From the human T2T-CHM13v2.0 reference genome, Homo sapiens: a stretch of DNA of 64,000 nt. How positions within the stretch are numbered: the first letter of the stretch is position 1; every line of letters starts with the position of its first letter. The stretch lies in the NCBI RefSeq assembly GCF_009914755.1, contig NC_060941.1; one strand, written 5' to 3'. Positions 25,895 through 41,140 of this stretch are shown piece after piece. A model generated the notes under the pieces. It did no database searches. It saw only the letters and a program-made list of their open reading frames with translations, and was not told where the DNA came from. The translations under genes were made by a program, and so were the position numbers.

Positions 25895-26380
25895 TGTATT
25901 GTCTAATCTTTTTAAAGGAGGTGTATCCTTTCCCAGGTTTTCCCTTCTGACCCATGCTCAAGACATCTGAATTCTACAGATAGGATTAACTGGACTCCAG
26001 CCTCTTACTGGATTCTGCCAGTGGAAGAGACAGGCAGGAGATGAGAGGACAAGAGAGAGAGAGAGATTGAAGTATGCTCCAATATGTTCTCCCAATCCAA
26101 CTTTTTGAGCTGTAGTTTTGGCAGTAGCTGCATCTTAGATTACAGGCTCTCTCTGACAGCCATAGTTCTCAGTTAGGCTGAGATAATATAGTTTTCTCTC
26201 TGAACTTGCAGGTCCTGGCTTATAATGGGTCCCACTCTTTCTAGTGCCTTGGACTTCCCCAGCTCTTGTTGGTTCCCCTTCCTCTGCCCAACCTCTAGAA
26301 ATAGTCACTTCATTGAGATCCTTTTTGATAACCTTTCTGAGTATGCCATCTGCATCCTGCTATGATCATGGTTAATGTAC
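25895..26380 (+). mobile_element. LTR33-like ERVL solo LTR
   Basis: GGCAGGAGATGAGAGG, TTGTTGGTTCCCC..CTGCCCAACCTCTAGAAATAGTCAC, TGAGTATGCCATCTG. Confidence 0.65.
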
Positions 26381-26819
26381 TATATATTTAAAATGATAAC
26401 TTGAACTCTTAAATGTTCCTGTGAAAACATCATAAACGTTTCTATTCATTTAGGTGAGCAAATTATAAACAAACATTTTCCATTGCCTAAAGTATCAGTT
26501 TGAAATTCGTACATGAATCCTCTTTAAAAAGCATATTTTAGGGATACTAGCATGTCCAAGATTCCAGTCACCTCAAATGGAAAGGAAGCATTTAAAAACC
26601 CTCTTTGTTTCTTCTTTGCCTGAGCAGATATCCACCATACTAGTAACATCCTTCCTACCTCATTTATCTGGTTAACTCTACTTGTCTTAATCCAGCTCAG
26701 TTGTTTCCTATTTCACATGGATCCAACTGCTTTAAATACCTCACCTTTGTATTATGTAATAATTTTTGTAGAAAGCACAAGACTCTTGTATTAATAATTT
26801 TAAAAAGAAGGTGTCACAA

Positions 26820-27170
26820 TATATGTATTGCTAAGAATTTATCCTAAGGAAATAGAAATGTGAAACCACATTAAAAGATATTATTTGTAATACTTTAAAA
26901 AATAAAAACTTAACCCTTCTGCCTTACAGAAGAAAATGTGATGTGCTTGAGTATGCAATGAAATATTAAGCAGCCAATAAAAGCCATCTTTTCAAACCAT
27001 ATTCGTGATATAGGTAAAAAGTATCTTACACGGGGAGAAATAGAAAAACAGATACTGAAAGAAACACACACAAAAATGTTGATGATAATAATCTATGTAC
27101 ACTTGGCAGGGGTCCCTGCTTACGTAACTTTATTTTTGATATTGAACATGCTTTACTTTTAAAATAACAT
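26820..27170 (+). mobile_element. L1ME-like 3' fragment
   Basis: AAGAATTTATCCTAAGGAAATA, ATGCAATGAAATATTAAGCAGCCAATAAAA. Confidence 0.5.
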
Positions 27171-28029
27171 AAAATCTAGAGTGCAATACACTAAATAAAA
27201 ATAGGATTTCCTCTTTTAAACACATAACTCCAACAGCCCACATGCTACCAGCACACATCCTGAGAATAAATTCTAAAATTCACTTTGCTGGGGAATGCAA
27301 AATTGGATTGTGAAAAATTTTGCATTGTAGAAATTGTATAAATGAAAAACTTGAAAGTAGGAACAATAGTCATTTGTTCCAAATTTACCTTTCTGTATTT
27401 TATGTGATGACTAGACCTTTTGTAAATCTTTTTCTTGCTTTGTGATCCAGCTGTTTTGCCCAAGGTTGATGCAGCATTCAGGTCAGATATGCATCAAGCA
27501 CTCTATTTTGTAGATCATGTTTTATTTATGGTTATTGTTTCCGATGCTATTTCTTCTATCTTTCAACTGAATCCCTGCCAGAGTCACTCTTTAAAAATAA
27601 CAAAGTAGTGTGAACAATAGCAATTGTAGTTAGAATATTTTTCTCTGTATAACAGACACAACTGACAGGAAGTGAGAATTTTGGCTTGGCCTGAAGGCTC
27701 AATGTAAATAAAAATCTAAATAGCTCAGTTTTTTTTTCTTATTACTAAGCTCTGCCTGTGATAGAATTCTTTATCACTTCAGCCCTTACAGGAAGAAGCT
27801 GACATAGGTGCCAGCCTGTGCCAGAATATTCAATTAACTATGCATCAAGGTGACCCATTTGTCCAGTGGGTGCCAAAGCTGAAATTTTTTTAAAAATCCA
27901 TTATTTTTCCAGGTGAATGTATTAGATAAACTTGCCTGCCAACAAGTCCTTTCTGACTTCATAATTGTTGATTTGTGATTTTTTTCAAGGACCCATATGC
28001 TAATCTATAGATTACAGCTACAAAATACA

Positions 28030-28270
28030 ATAATAATAATATTTGTATGAGGCTTCAGAGTTCACAAAAGTCATTTTATATATCTTGCGTCTCATAACAA
28101 TTCACATTACTTTAGGTAAATAATATTATTGTCTCTATTTTATAGATAAGGAAATTGAGATTTAATTTAGTTGAAGAGCTTGTCCAAGGTTACTAGGCAA
28201 TTGATGAAACTGGTATTCACACTAGAGGCTGTTAGCTCTTTTAGGGTATGTATTTTACTGTCTCATGTTG
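28030..28270 (-). mobile_element. MIR (MIRc-like)
   Basis: TATTTTATAGATAAGGAAATTGAG...CTTGTCCAAGGTTAC core. Confidence 0.75.
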
Positions 28271-29140
28271 CTGTGTAATTGACTATTTATAAATGCCCAT
28301 GGTTGACCTCACTTAACAGTTACTAATTAATAAAAATCAGTAAATTACAGTTTTCTCCAATAGCTGCAAATTGAAACCCTAATCCTTTTAATTTTATCAT
28401 TTCAGAACTGTTTTTGTAACATTAAAGAATTCTGAGTTTCACATATTTTCAATATCTCTCACAAGTGTCTATCACATATTTCACATCATCAATCACAGAT
28501 GTGTTAGTGGGAAAAGTCTCAAAGACACTCAATAGAATGCTATTCTGTTAGAAAAACTGACTTTGCTAAGAAAATACTGTGGTAACTATTTTGTTAATAG
28601 AGATATGAATAATAGTCCTCCAATTTGTATATTTTGTAAGTTTAAATGTTCTTACAACAATGGTTCATAAAATCTGGATGCTTACTTTTCCTAAAGCTAG
28701 GAAGAAACACTTTGGAATGTGAGTGGCCAAAAATCAAAAGGCATGTTTTGCTTACTGGCACCCTGCTCCATTTGAGTCATGCTGAAAGGTCACCAAAGAA
28801 AGAGACAGTGATTAGTTCATGTCAAAGCTGAGAGTTGTGGTGGTTTAATATCAGTTTGAAGAGGTATGACATTTTTAATAAGAGAAATATTGACTTTCTT
28901 TTGCTTTTTTATTTTAATTATCAGACCTAATACAAAATCCTACAGTTTTTTATTCTCTCCCAATCCCAGAATTCCTTCCTATCCAGTCTAGATCACAGAA
29001 CATAAAACTCTTCAATCTTTTGCATCATCACAACTCTCTTCCAGTTGTTTTCCCTATCAAAACCACCATCCCTATCACCACACCATGCTCCATACCCTTC
29101 TCTTTACCTCCTGTATATCGCTAAGAAAATAGTGGATCTT

Positions 29141-29443
29141 TATTTTTATTTTATTTATTTTTGAGACGGAGTCTCGCTCTGTCGCCCAGGATGGAGTGCA
29201 GTGACGCGATCTCGGCTCATTGCAACCTCCGCCTCCCGGGTACAAGCGAGTCTTGTGCCTCAGCCTCCTGAGTAGCTGGGTGCTGTAGACACGCGTCACT
29301 GCGTCCAGCTAATTTTTGTATTTTTAATGGAGACGAGGTTTCACCATATTGGCCAGGCTGGTCTCGAACTCCTGACCTCGTGATCCGCCTGCCTCGGCCT
29401 CCCAAAGTGCTGCGACTACAGGCATAAGCCACTGCACCCAGAC
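29141..29443 (-). mobile_element. AluSg-like, CpG-rich
   Basis: GGCTGGTCTCGAACTCCTGACCTCGTGATCCGCC (Sg-type); T-rich tail; TATTTTTA on both flanks. Confidence 0.92.
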
Positions 29444-29653
29444 TATTTTTAATCAAAACTCCCTTAACTTACTGCACTTTATCTCCTCACCCCAAAACTC
29501 AATTGCATTTTGATCTCTTCTTCCTTCTTAGTTCCATGAAATAGGCAGCCATTTGCTGAAACCATTTCTTAGAAGTACTTTACTGGGTCCAGGCTCTTCA
29601 AAGAACTGTTCTATTAGTTAGACCTTTTCCTTTACTTCAGCCATTACTCTCTC

Positions 29654-29844
29654 TATATATATCTATATATCTATATATGCATATATATATATCTATATCT
29701 ATATATGCATATATATATCTATATATAAAAAGATATGAAGTTTATGCTTTCTTTGGTTAAAAGACATATATTATATATATAAAGACATATATATGCATAT
29801 ATACATATATATACATATATATTTTTTAACCAAAGAAAGCATAA
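29654..29844. repeat. Compound (TA)n tract containing a 21-bp perfect inverted repeat
   Basis: TTATGCTTTCTTTGGTTAAAA (29742-29762) and its reverse complement TTTTAACCAAAGAAAGCATAA (29824-29844). Confidence 0.95.
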
Positions 29845-30254
29845 TCTGTTTCCATATTAAGTCAATTTATCACCCTGTTAATCATATATAGGTCTCGTTT
29901 TAGTAATAGCCCTAATTCTACCACCAAAGTATTGAGTCTTTATGTACTGTCTTCCTTTTCTCATCACCTATTCATATTTCAACCCAGATATGATGTTCAA
30001 CCTCCTAGCCCCTGATCATATTCCTATGAAAGTATTCTTTTTTGTGCCCTTGATGGATTTCATATTTTATAAAATTAAATGAATAGATTTTCCTTTTGAA
30101 AAATAATACCCATTTCTGATGATGAAATCCAACAATATACTCTTATTGTAAAATATTTGACATATATGTGAAAGATATATATATACTCTTTATCATTTTT
30201 AATGACATAAAATATATTTTAAAATCTATTTCTAATTTTTAATCTTAGATTTTC

Positions 30255-32108
30255 CAATTCTAAGAGTTTTTTGGTAGAGTCTTTATGTTTTTCTAGATGT
30301 AAGATTATGTCTTCAGCAAAGAGGGGCAAGTTGACTTCCTCTTTTCCAATTTACATGTCTTTTATTTTTTTCTCTTGTCTGATTGCTCTAGTTAGGACTT
30401 CCAGTACTATGTTGAATAGGAGTAGTGAAAACATGTATTCTTGTCTTGTTCTTAGAGGAAAGGCTTTCAATTACTCCTTATTTGGGTATGACGTTAGCTG
30501 TGGTTGTTACATATGGCCGTTATTATGTTAAGGTATACTCCTTCTATGCCTAGTTTGTTGAGAGTTTTTATCATGAAGGGATGTTGAACTTTATTAAATG
30601 CTTTTACTGTGCCTACTGAAATGCTCAGGTAGTTTTGTCCTTGATATAGCTTGGATTTGTGTCCTGGACCAAATCTCATATCAAATGGTAATCCCCAGCG
30701 ACAGCAGAGGGGCCTGGTGGGAAGTAATTAGATCATGAAGGCAGATTTCCTCCTTGCTGTTCTCATGGTAGCAAGTGAGGTCTCACAAGATCTGGTTGTT
30801 TAAAAGTGTGTAGCACCTCCCACTTCACTCTCTTCTTCCTCCTGTCTGGCCATGTAAGATGTGCCTGCTTCCCTTCACCTTCTGTCATGATTGTTAGTTT
30901 TCTGAGGCCTCCCCAGCCATGTTTCTTGTACAGCTTGCAGAACCGCGAGCCATTTAAACATTTTTCTTTATAAATTACCCAGTCTCAGATATTTATGTAT
31001 AGCAGTATGAGAATGAACTAATGAGAAAATTGGTACCTAAGAGTGGGGCATTTCTATAAAGATAATTGAAAATATGGAAGCAGCTGTGGAATTGGTTAAC
31101 ACACAGAGGTTGGAATAGTTTGGAGGGATTAGACAAAAACAGGAAGATGAGAGAATGTTTGGAACTTCCTAGAGACTTGCTTAATGGTCTTGACCAAAAT
31201 GCTGATAGTGATATGCACAGAAATGGCCAGGCTGAAGAAGTCTCAGATGGACATGAGAAACTTATTAGAAACTGAACCAAAGGTCACTTTTGTTATGCAT
31301 TTGCAAAGAGGTTGGAGGCATTGTGCCCCTGCCCTGGGGATCTTTGAAACTTTGAACTTGAGAGGAATGATTTAGGGTGTCTGGCAGAAGAAGTTTCTAA
31401 ATAGCAAAGTGGCCTGGCTGCTTCTAAGCACCTAAGCTCATATACATGAATAAAGAAATGATCTGAAACTGGAACATATATTTAAAATGGAAGCAGAGCA
31501 TAAAAGTTTGAAAAATTTGCTGCCTGGCCATGTGGTAGAAAAGAAAAAACTATTTTCAGGGGAGAAATTGAAGCAGGCTGCAGAAATTTGCACAACTAAG
31601 AGAAAAGGAAGTACTAATAGCCAAGACAATGTGGAAAAGATTCCATTTCAGGTATTTCTTTATAATGGTGGGACAATGGACTAATACAGTCCTTCATTCT
31701 GTTGATATGATGTATCACATATATTGATTTGCATATGTATCCTTGCATCCCTGATATAAATCCCACTTGATCATGGTGTAATATTTTTTTGATGTGCTGT
31801 TGAATTTCATTTGCTAGTATTTTGTTGACAATTTTTGAATCTATGTTTATCAGGGATATTGGCATGTAATTTTCTTCTGTTGTTGGGACTTTGTTTGGTT
31901 TTGATATCAAGGTGATGCAAGCCTCATGGAATAAATTCAGAATTCCTTCTTATTTTATTTTTTTGGAATAGTTTTAGGAGAACTGGTGTTAGTTCTTTCT
32001 ATAGTATATTGGAAGAATTTGGCTATGAATCCATCTAGTCCTAGGTTTTTCTTTATTGTAAGACGTTTTATTGCTGATTCAATCTCATTACTTGTTATTA
32101 GTCTGTCC
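30255..32108 (-). mobile_element. Older L1 (L1MA/L1PB-like) ORF2 fragment interrupted by an MST provirus
   Basis: Minus-strand peptides [22 protein letters not shown] and [26 protein letters not shown]; sequence continuous across the MST TSD. Confidence 0.88.
30642..31688 (+). mobile_element. MSTA-like MaLR provirus: 5'LTR (30642-~31024), internal region (~31025-31650), last ~40 bp of 3'LTR
   Basis: TG...CA termini; internal region begins GAAAATTGGTACC with a MaLR-type ORF (WNSLEGLDKNRKMRECLELPRDLLNG); perfect TSD GTCCT at 30637-30641 and 31689-31693. Confidence 0.92.
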
Positions 32109-32111
32109 TAA

Positions 32112-35010
<2,899 letters not shown>

Positions 35011-35049
35011 ATATTAAAATATATAAATGAAACTATTATTTAGAGTTTT

Positions 35050-35280
35050 CTGAAAAAAAGAGTGGTATGTTAAATACTCTTGTAACAATTGTGTTTCTGT
35101 CAAAATGTTGACACGGTCTCAATGCATATGTTGATGCTATATCATTAAATGCCTAATTATACTGGTATGAATTTTATTTTATAACAGTATAAAATATTTG
35201 AACTGCAATTTACTTTATCTGATGTCAATTTTACCAGCCTTTAGTTTCCTTTTAATCATTTTACACATTTTGAGTTTCTC
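35050..35280 (-). mobile_element. Very old L1M endonuclease-region fragment
   Basis: Degenerate TACTTTATCTGATGTCAATTTTACCAGCCTT and TGATGCTATATCATTAAATGCC. Confidence 0.45.
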
Positions 35281-35479
35281 TGGACCAAATTTTATTGATG
35301 TCAGTACCTCTGAGCCTTTGGTTGTAATGTTTTGGGATTCAGTAATTATGACAAAGTCCTGTGTTGATCAGAGTAACCACTGGACTTGTTACTGGTTTTC
35401 TGTTGTTCATTTGGACTATAAATTATCTGGCACTATGGATATTGCCACCCTAGCCACAAGTGAGATTTAATGATACTAA

Positions 35480-35700
35480 CACAATATAAATGTGAAAAAT
35501 TTTATAATAAAAATACAGATTTTTGGCTTTTCTTGAAGAATCAGAAGGCTTGAGAAATTGGATGTACCTTTCCTTTGGTGGTAATACTGAACTGAAGCTG
35601 GTTTAGAGCCACCCCCTTTATATAGAACATGTACTCTCAAGCTTGTATCATGCATTTGTTACCTATCTGGCCTTATAGTCATTTTTGTTTTCAATCATTG
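35480..35700 (+). mobile_element. MER102-like (hAT-Charlie)
   Basis: AAATACAGATTTTTGGCTTTTCTTGAAGAATCAGAAG...GCCACCCCCTTTA...TGTTACCTATCTGGCC. Confidence 0.6.
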
Positions 35701-37610
35701 TTTATACACTTGTAGTCACTGCTACTGCATCATCACCATCTTTTAGTACTGATTTGTCTTTCTTTCTGTCTTTGTCTGCAACTACACATTTGTAATTCCC
35801 TTCTTGTCCTTGTACTTCAGAGAAGCATAGCAACCCAAGTACAACAACTTTTGCCATTGGATCAGAGAACACAGCCCTGTTTAACGACTCTTCTCCTGTT
35901 AATCTGACAAATACCTGAATTATGTACTAGATCCTAACTTTCATGTCCTAACATTTGGATGTTCTAGTCTTTTTACTTCATCTGCCTCCTTAAACTTGTT
36001 CTATTGCCATTTTCAAATTCATTCTGGAAACCTGGGTTTGGTCGCTCTCCACCAACATAGTTCTCCCTCACCTATTTACAAAAACTTTATACACTTTAAA
36101 ATTGACTAGGGGCCAACTTGAATCCATTGCTTTCTGCAACAGTGGTATTTATACCAACTCTTTTTTAAAACTTTGATTTAAAGGACAGTTTTCTATGTTG
36201 GCCTCTGCCTCTGAATTGGTGAGAGGCTGGCTCAGAAAGAGGTGAATATCTTGACTCTGTGCATGAAGAAGTCATTACTATCATTCAGTAAAGATATTCT
36301 ACTTCCTATTGAAGTTCCCAAATAGGAATCAAACCATCCAAAATAAAAACTATAACAATACAATTATCTGAAAAGTGAGTATATTCTCTCTCCTGCATTT
36401 AGAGGGAGTTCTCAATAAACAATCATTGCAAAAGCAAGATGCCTGAAATGTTTAGGCCCAGGGTGTTTAACGTTATAATGGGAAATCAAGCAGAGGTGCT
36501 AAATACAGCGCTATTCTCTACAACTCTATCATAGATGCTCATGTTTCTGTGGCTTATTTTATAAGGCTGTCATGTTCAAATTTATTCTGTCAAGCAGTTA
36601 TTTTCTCTTCCACTGAATTGTTCTATATATCTAACTACATATCCATATCTTCATCTCTTCTTTTTACCACTCATCTTTCAACCATTTATTTATATTTCCA
36701 CTATGACACATATTTTGACAGCTCCCTTTATATTTTCATTGCTTGGTTTGAGCTGGACTGCCACATTCTTTTTAAAGATGTAAGGTGCCATTAGAAATAG
36801 CACCAGTTGCGTCTCTTGATCGTCGCCATCTTCTTACCCAAGCAATTTTCACTTTGACACGGCAAATTATACTGATGTACAGTGCATATTTCTCTCTAGT
36901 GATTGTAATTAAAATGGGTTTCATGGGATTTTATAATCAGAAAGGATGACATGCTTGGAAATAAATGTGTAGACAATTAACTAATAATTATTGATTTATA
37001 TCCAAGACGTTCAAATGTACATGGCACATGTGTTGTATATGTTAGTATCTTTGTATATGCTATTCATTAAACAATTCGGTATTTTGGTTTCAGATGTGCA
37101 CTTTGCATTTTGAAAGTGTTTCCCTTGATGCTTTTCTTTGTGCTGCTTCATTCTGTCCCTCTCTCACACTGGCTGTTTCCACTGCTGCTGCCTGTGAACA
37201 ACCTAGAGACTGAATCTCTTTGTTACAAGATCAGTAATTGCTAAACAGTGTTAACCAGAAGTGATAATGGCTTATTAACACCTAAGTGGCATTTCTTTCA
37301 GAAAAACTAAAAGATCACAGAAGAAGGCAGAATATTGTTGAGATATATGGGCAGCCTCTGAGAACAAATACTTGCTGATGTAGACTATTGTAGATTTCCA
37401 CACTTCTTTGCCTTTTAAACCAGCAGCAGGTTTGTTACTATGTGAACTACATATGCTTAATCAGTGAGTGTTTCAAAGAGAAATTAGCTTTGATTTGAAT
37501 TTAAGAGAGTGACCTATCTTGATAGATGGAAATTTTTTATTTTAGACATTTTTGAAAGCTGATGCCAGAGACGATAGGCAGTGAATAGATGACCTTTGTA
37601 GAAAATACTT

Positions 37611-37985
37611 TGTGGTCTTTAACTTCCTAGCACCCATGTCCCCTTTCTAATGATACCCTGATTTCCTTTTGGAAAATGGTCTTACCAAATATTATATATG
37701 GTTGTGGTAGGTGATAAATAGAGATCCTTGACTCCTCAATAGAAGATCCTTCTTCTCACTGTCTGGCACATACCAGGAACAGGCTCCTGATCTAAGATTG
37801 GCTGAGTGCTGCTCTCTGCTAGGATACTGAATCATGAGCAAATGTAGGAGAGAAAGAGGTGGATAGTGCTCAGTCATTCTAGTGGTAGTGTCCCTATCTG
37901 AGGATTCTTTTCAAAAATTATTGCTGATGTTTCTGCATTCTAGGCCTTTTAACTGAACTGCAAGTCTGCAATCTTTCCATGGTAA
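37611..37985 (+). mobile_element. Ancient ERVL/MaLR-type LTR (LTR67B/MLT1-like)
   Basis: TGTGG start, ACCCTGATTTCCTTTTGG, GCTCTCTGCTAGGATACTGAATCATGAG. Confidence 0.4.
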
Positions 37986-38003
37986 GACATAGCCTCTCAG
38001 AAA

Positions 38004-38055
<52 letters not shown>
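38004..38055. repeat. Interrupted (CA)n microsatellite
   Basis: Visible run. Confidence 0.97.
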
Positions 38056-38079
38056 GATACAGCTTTATATGTTAACACA

Positions 38080-38300
38080 GAACTTAAGAGCATCACTACT
38101 AAAGTCAGACTGCATTGATTTCATGCTGACTTTCAATTAATTAGATGACTTTGGGCATGATGTTTAGTCTCCTCAGTTTTCCATTTCTCCACTATGAAAT
38201 AAGGATAACAAAGCTGTTTATCCCAGGCAGTTATAGGTATATAAAGCACTTAGAATAGAGCCTGAGATAGTACATGCTCCCAAGACTTAACTATCATCAA
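38080..38300 (+). mobile_element. MIR
   Basis: AGTCAGACTG...ATGACTTTGGGCA...CCTCAGTTTTCC...ATAAAGCACTTAGAATAGAGCCTG. Confidence 0.75.
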
Positions 38301-40588
38301 ATTTTAATTTCATTCTCTTGCTCTCTCTCTCTCATCCTTAAATACCCCCACCCAATTATCTCAACTAATCTTTTTGCAAAGTCTTGTACCATCCAGCTTA
38401 CAACTAAATGAAAGATATACTTAAAATATCCAAATAAGTTCTCAATGAAACAAGTCAAAATTACCAAGTTCCTTACTCAGTGAACAAGATAACATCACTA
38501 TTTTCCAAAACATGCACATTGAATATTATTCTGCCAAAAGTTGCACTGTGGTGAATTTGAATGCAATTTATACTCATTTCAGCCAACATCTCAAAGAAGT
38601 TACTGCTGTCATAATTGAGGGACCACCTTGTCAGAAATCTCATCTTCATAGCATCTTACAGAATTCACAACAAAAAAACATCACAGAGAGTCCATATTGT
38701 TGCTGCTTCATCCCAAGCTCACTGGCTATTGTGGACATATTGCTGTTATAAGGTGGTTGACTGACTTGGAAAACATCGGGCTAAGAATTAAACTGCAGGC
38801 ATGGAAAACAATTGAAACATTCTGAGGCTTTTTGACATATTGAGTGTCCCTATATTCAAGGTTAACTCTCATTGCTCAAGGGTAAAGTAAAAGAAGAAAA
38901 ACTGCAGTGATCTGGAAACCCATATCCACTCTTTAGGAGTCATAATACTTGAAAGGAATATTTGGCCATTCCAGTTGTTTATATATTTTTTATTACACTT
39001 TAGGTAAAAAAGCCATATATCCTAAAATGCTCTGAGCGAGCAAAGAAAACTGTCCTGGAATGATAACTAGTTGGAAGTAATTTAAGCAGCTGGCCAGTTC
39101 TGGTATCTGTCAGCAAATAGCACTAATAACATGCTATTCACTCAGAGTCTATTTGTGAGATTAATGGTACTAGATAGAATATTTTATGTCTTTACTCTAT
39201 TTACCAGCATGATGTCAGTCAGAATTAAAATGGTTTTGAAAGTGTAGAAATTCCATTGTATATATTACTGAGAATATTTTTCAAGGTATTTCTACAATAT
39301 TAGCATGCTTCTGACACATTTTGCTATTCTAAGAAGATTCAATACTACAAAATACATGAGCAGTCCCATGGATAAAATGAAGAGATCAGAAAGGGAGAGG
39401 AGTCAAAGCACTTTACTATAGACTCTTCTGATAAAGAGAAAAGTTGAAAAATTTTTCCTTATCTGTTTGAAATTTAGGCCGCTAATTCCATAGTCATTTT
39501 GTCATATATATATATATATATATGCCATCGATAAGTTAGAAAAATAAAATATTCAAAAATATTTGAAATATATTTCAAAAATATTTGAAAAATATTAAAA
39601 AATAATAGCACATTTTAATGACTAAAATCAACATAAAGCTGATTTCAAATATTGTAATTCTCATGCCACCAATTAAAAAAATACGATTATTCTATTTTGA
39701 TGCTACAAAGCATTAGGTGGATTTTTCTGACTCAGTATTTTTATTTCTTATTGCATAAAAAGTAAAGAAATAGAATTTCTGAATTATTGGATAAGCTTAG
39801 AGTTGGTCCACTTTGGCATCAATATACCAGCAAAGACATTAAGTTTTCTAAAATTTAATATTTAACAGTTTCATTAATATGAATGGCATTTCCAGTAGGT
39901 CCTTTAATTACATTGTTTCAATAAATATAAATGAAACAATACTGAATTAATATTAAAATTTGATAAATATATTTTATGAGAAAGTTATTATAAGTACAAG
40001 ATAAGAAAATACAGGATAAGGAACATGCTACTAAATGTCATTTTAACAAATCTTCAATTACTTGCAGAGAGATACCGAACCAAAGTTGACATATTTGGAA
40101 GCAGTTCTGTAATTCAGAGAAATGACTTTATGAAGACTTTGCAAGAATATAGAGATATTCTGGGTGAAGAGTTGAAATATGTGCATTTATTACAATACTT
40201 TTTTGTTAGGTTGGTACATATATAACCTCAACGTACTTTGCATCTCCTTTCATGGACTTTGCTATATTTATTTTACTTTATAATCTATCTAAAACTCTAT
40301 CACCAAAATCTTTTGAATTTCTCAAGTTTATTCCTCCCCATCCTCCTAACCAACTATTTTAAACGGGTCTTTACCCTATCACCACTACAGTCAGCAGGAT
40401 GTGTGTGTTAGGCATGGGTTAGAATCTATGAGAATACCCACCTATCTGGTTGATAGGTGGGTATTTCACTGAAAGTGTATGGTAAATTATGCCTCTATCA
40501 ACAGCTGACGGTGGAGGAACAAGAGGCAAGGGGGAGAAAAACATAGGCCAAGCCAATATTGACAATTCCAAGCTGTGCATCTGTGCAT

Positions 40589-40600
40589 TGTGTGTGCGTG

Positions 40601-40641
<41 letters not shown>

Positions 40642-40646
40642 ATGTG
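40589..40646. repeat. (TG)n microsatellite
   Basis: Visible run; source of the spurious Cys-Val ORFs. Confidence 0.97.
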
Positions 40647-40719
40647 TCTTGCAAAAAATGAAAGGCCAGATAGGTAAGTTGGCACTGAGGACATTTGAAA
40701 GTTTTGTTTTCCTACTTTG

Positions 40720-41140
40720 TGTAGTGCATAGATATTTAATGGATCCCTATAATGTACTAGTTTCTGAAGTATTGGGAATGCAATGTGTACAGTGGAGTCC
40801 ACAGGAGACAATGGGAGGAGAAAACAAGTATACAGGCAATTATGTGTTTTGCAAGTACCATAACTGAGAAAAGTAAAAGGGACTAGAGGACCATGTTAGA
40901 TGGACACTCAAACAATCTATGATGCAAAGAGAAAAGCCTTCCCAGAAGAGATGCCTAATCTGAGACCCAAAGGATAAGTGAAAAGTCAACCAGTGGATGA
41001 AGTGAGTGAGTAGGTTCTGCCACATCACAAGGGCTTTCTAAACAGAAGGAGCAAAATGTGCCAATGTCAAGAGGATCAAGGTTGTACAGCACATTTAGAA
41101 AGCAACATGTAGCTCACTTGGGTGCTAGAGGTTTGAAGAC
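40720..41140 (-). mobile_element. L2 fragment
   Basis: ATATTTAATGGATCCCTATAATGTAC...TTGGGAATGCAATG...GCCTTCCCAGAAGAGATGCC..CTGAGACC. Confidence 0.55.

Noticed and set aside
28188-28201. Second X-box-like GTTACTAGGCAAT
   Set aside because: Imperfect half-site inside a MIR core; likely chance.
40419-40867. His-Thr and Cys-Val repeat ORFs (also 37911-38096)
   Set aside because: Translations of (TG)n/(CA)n microsatellites.
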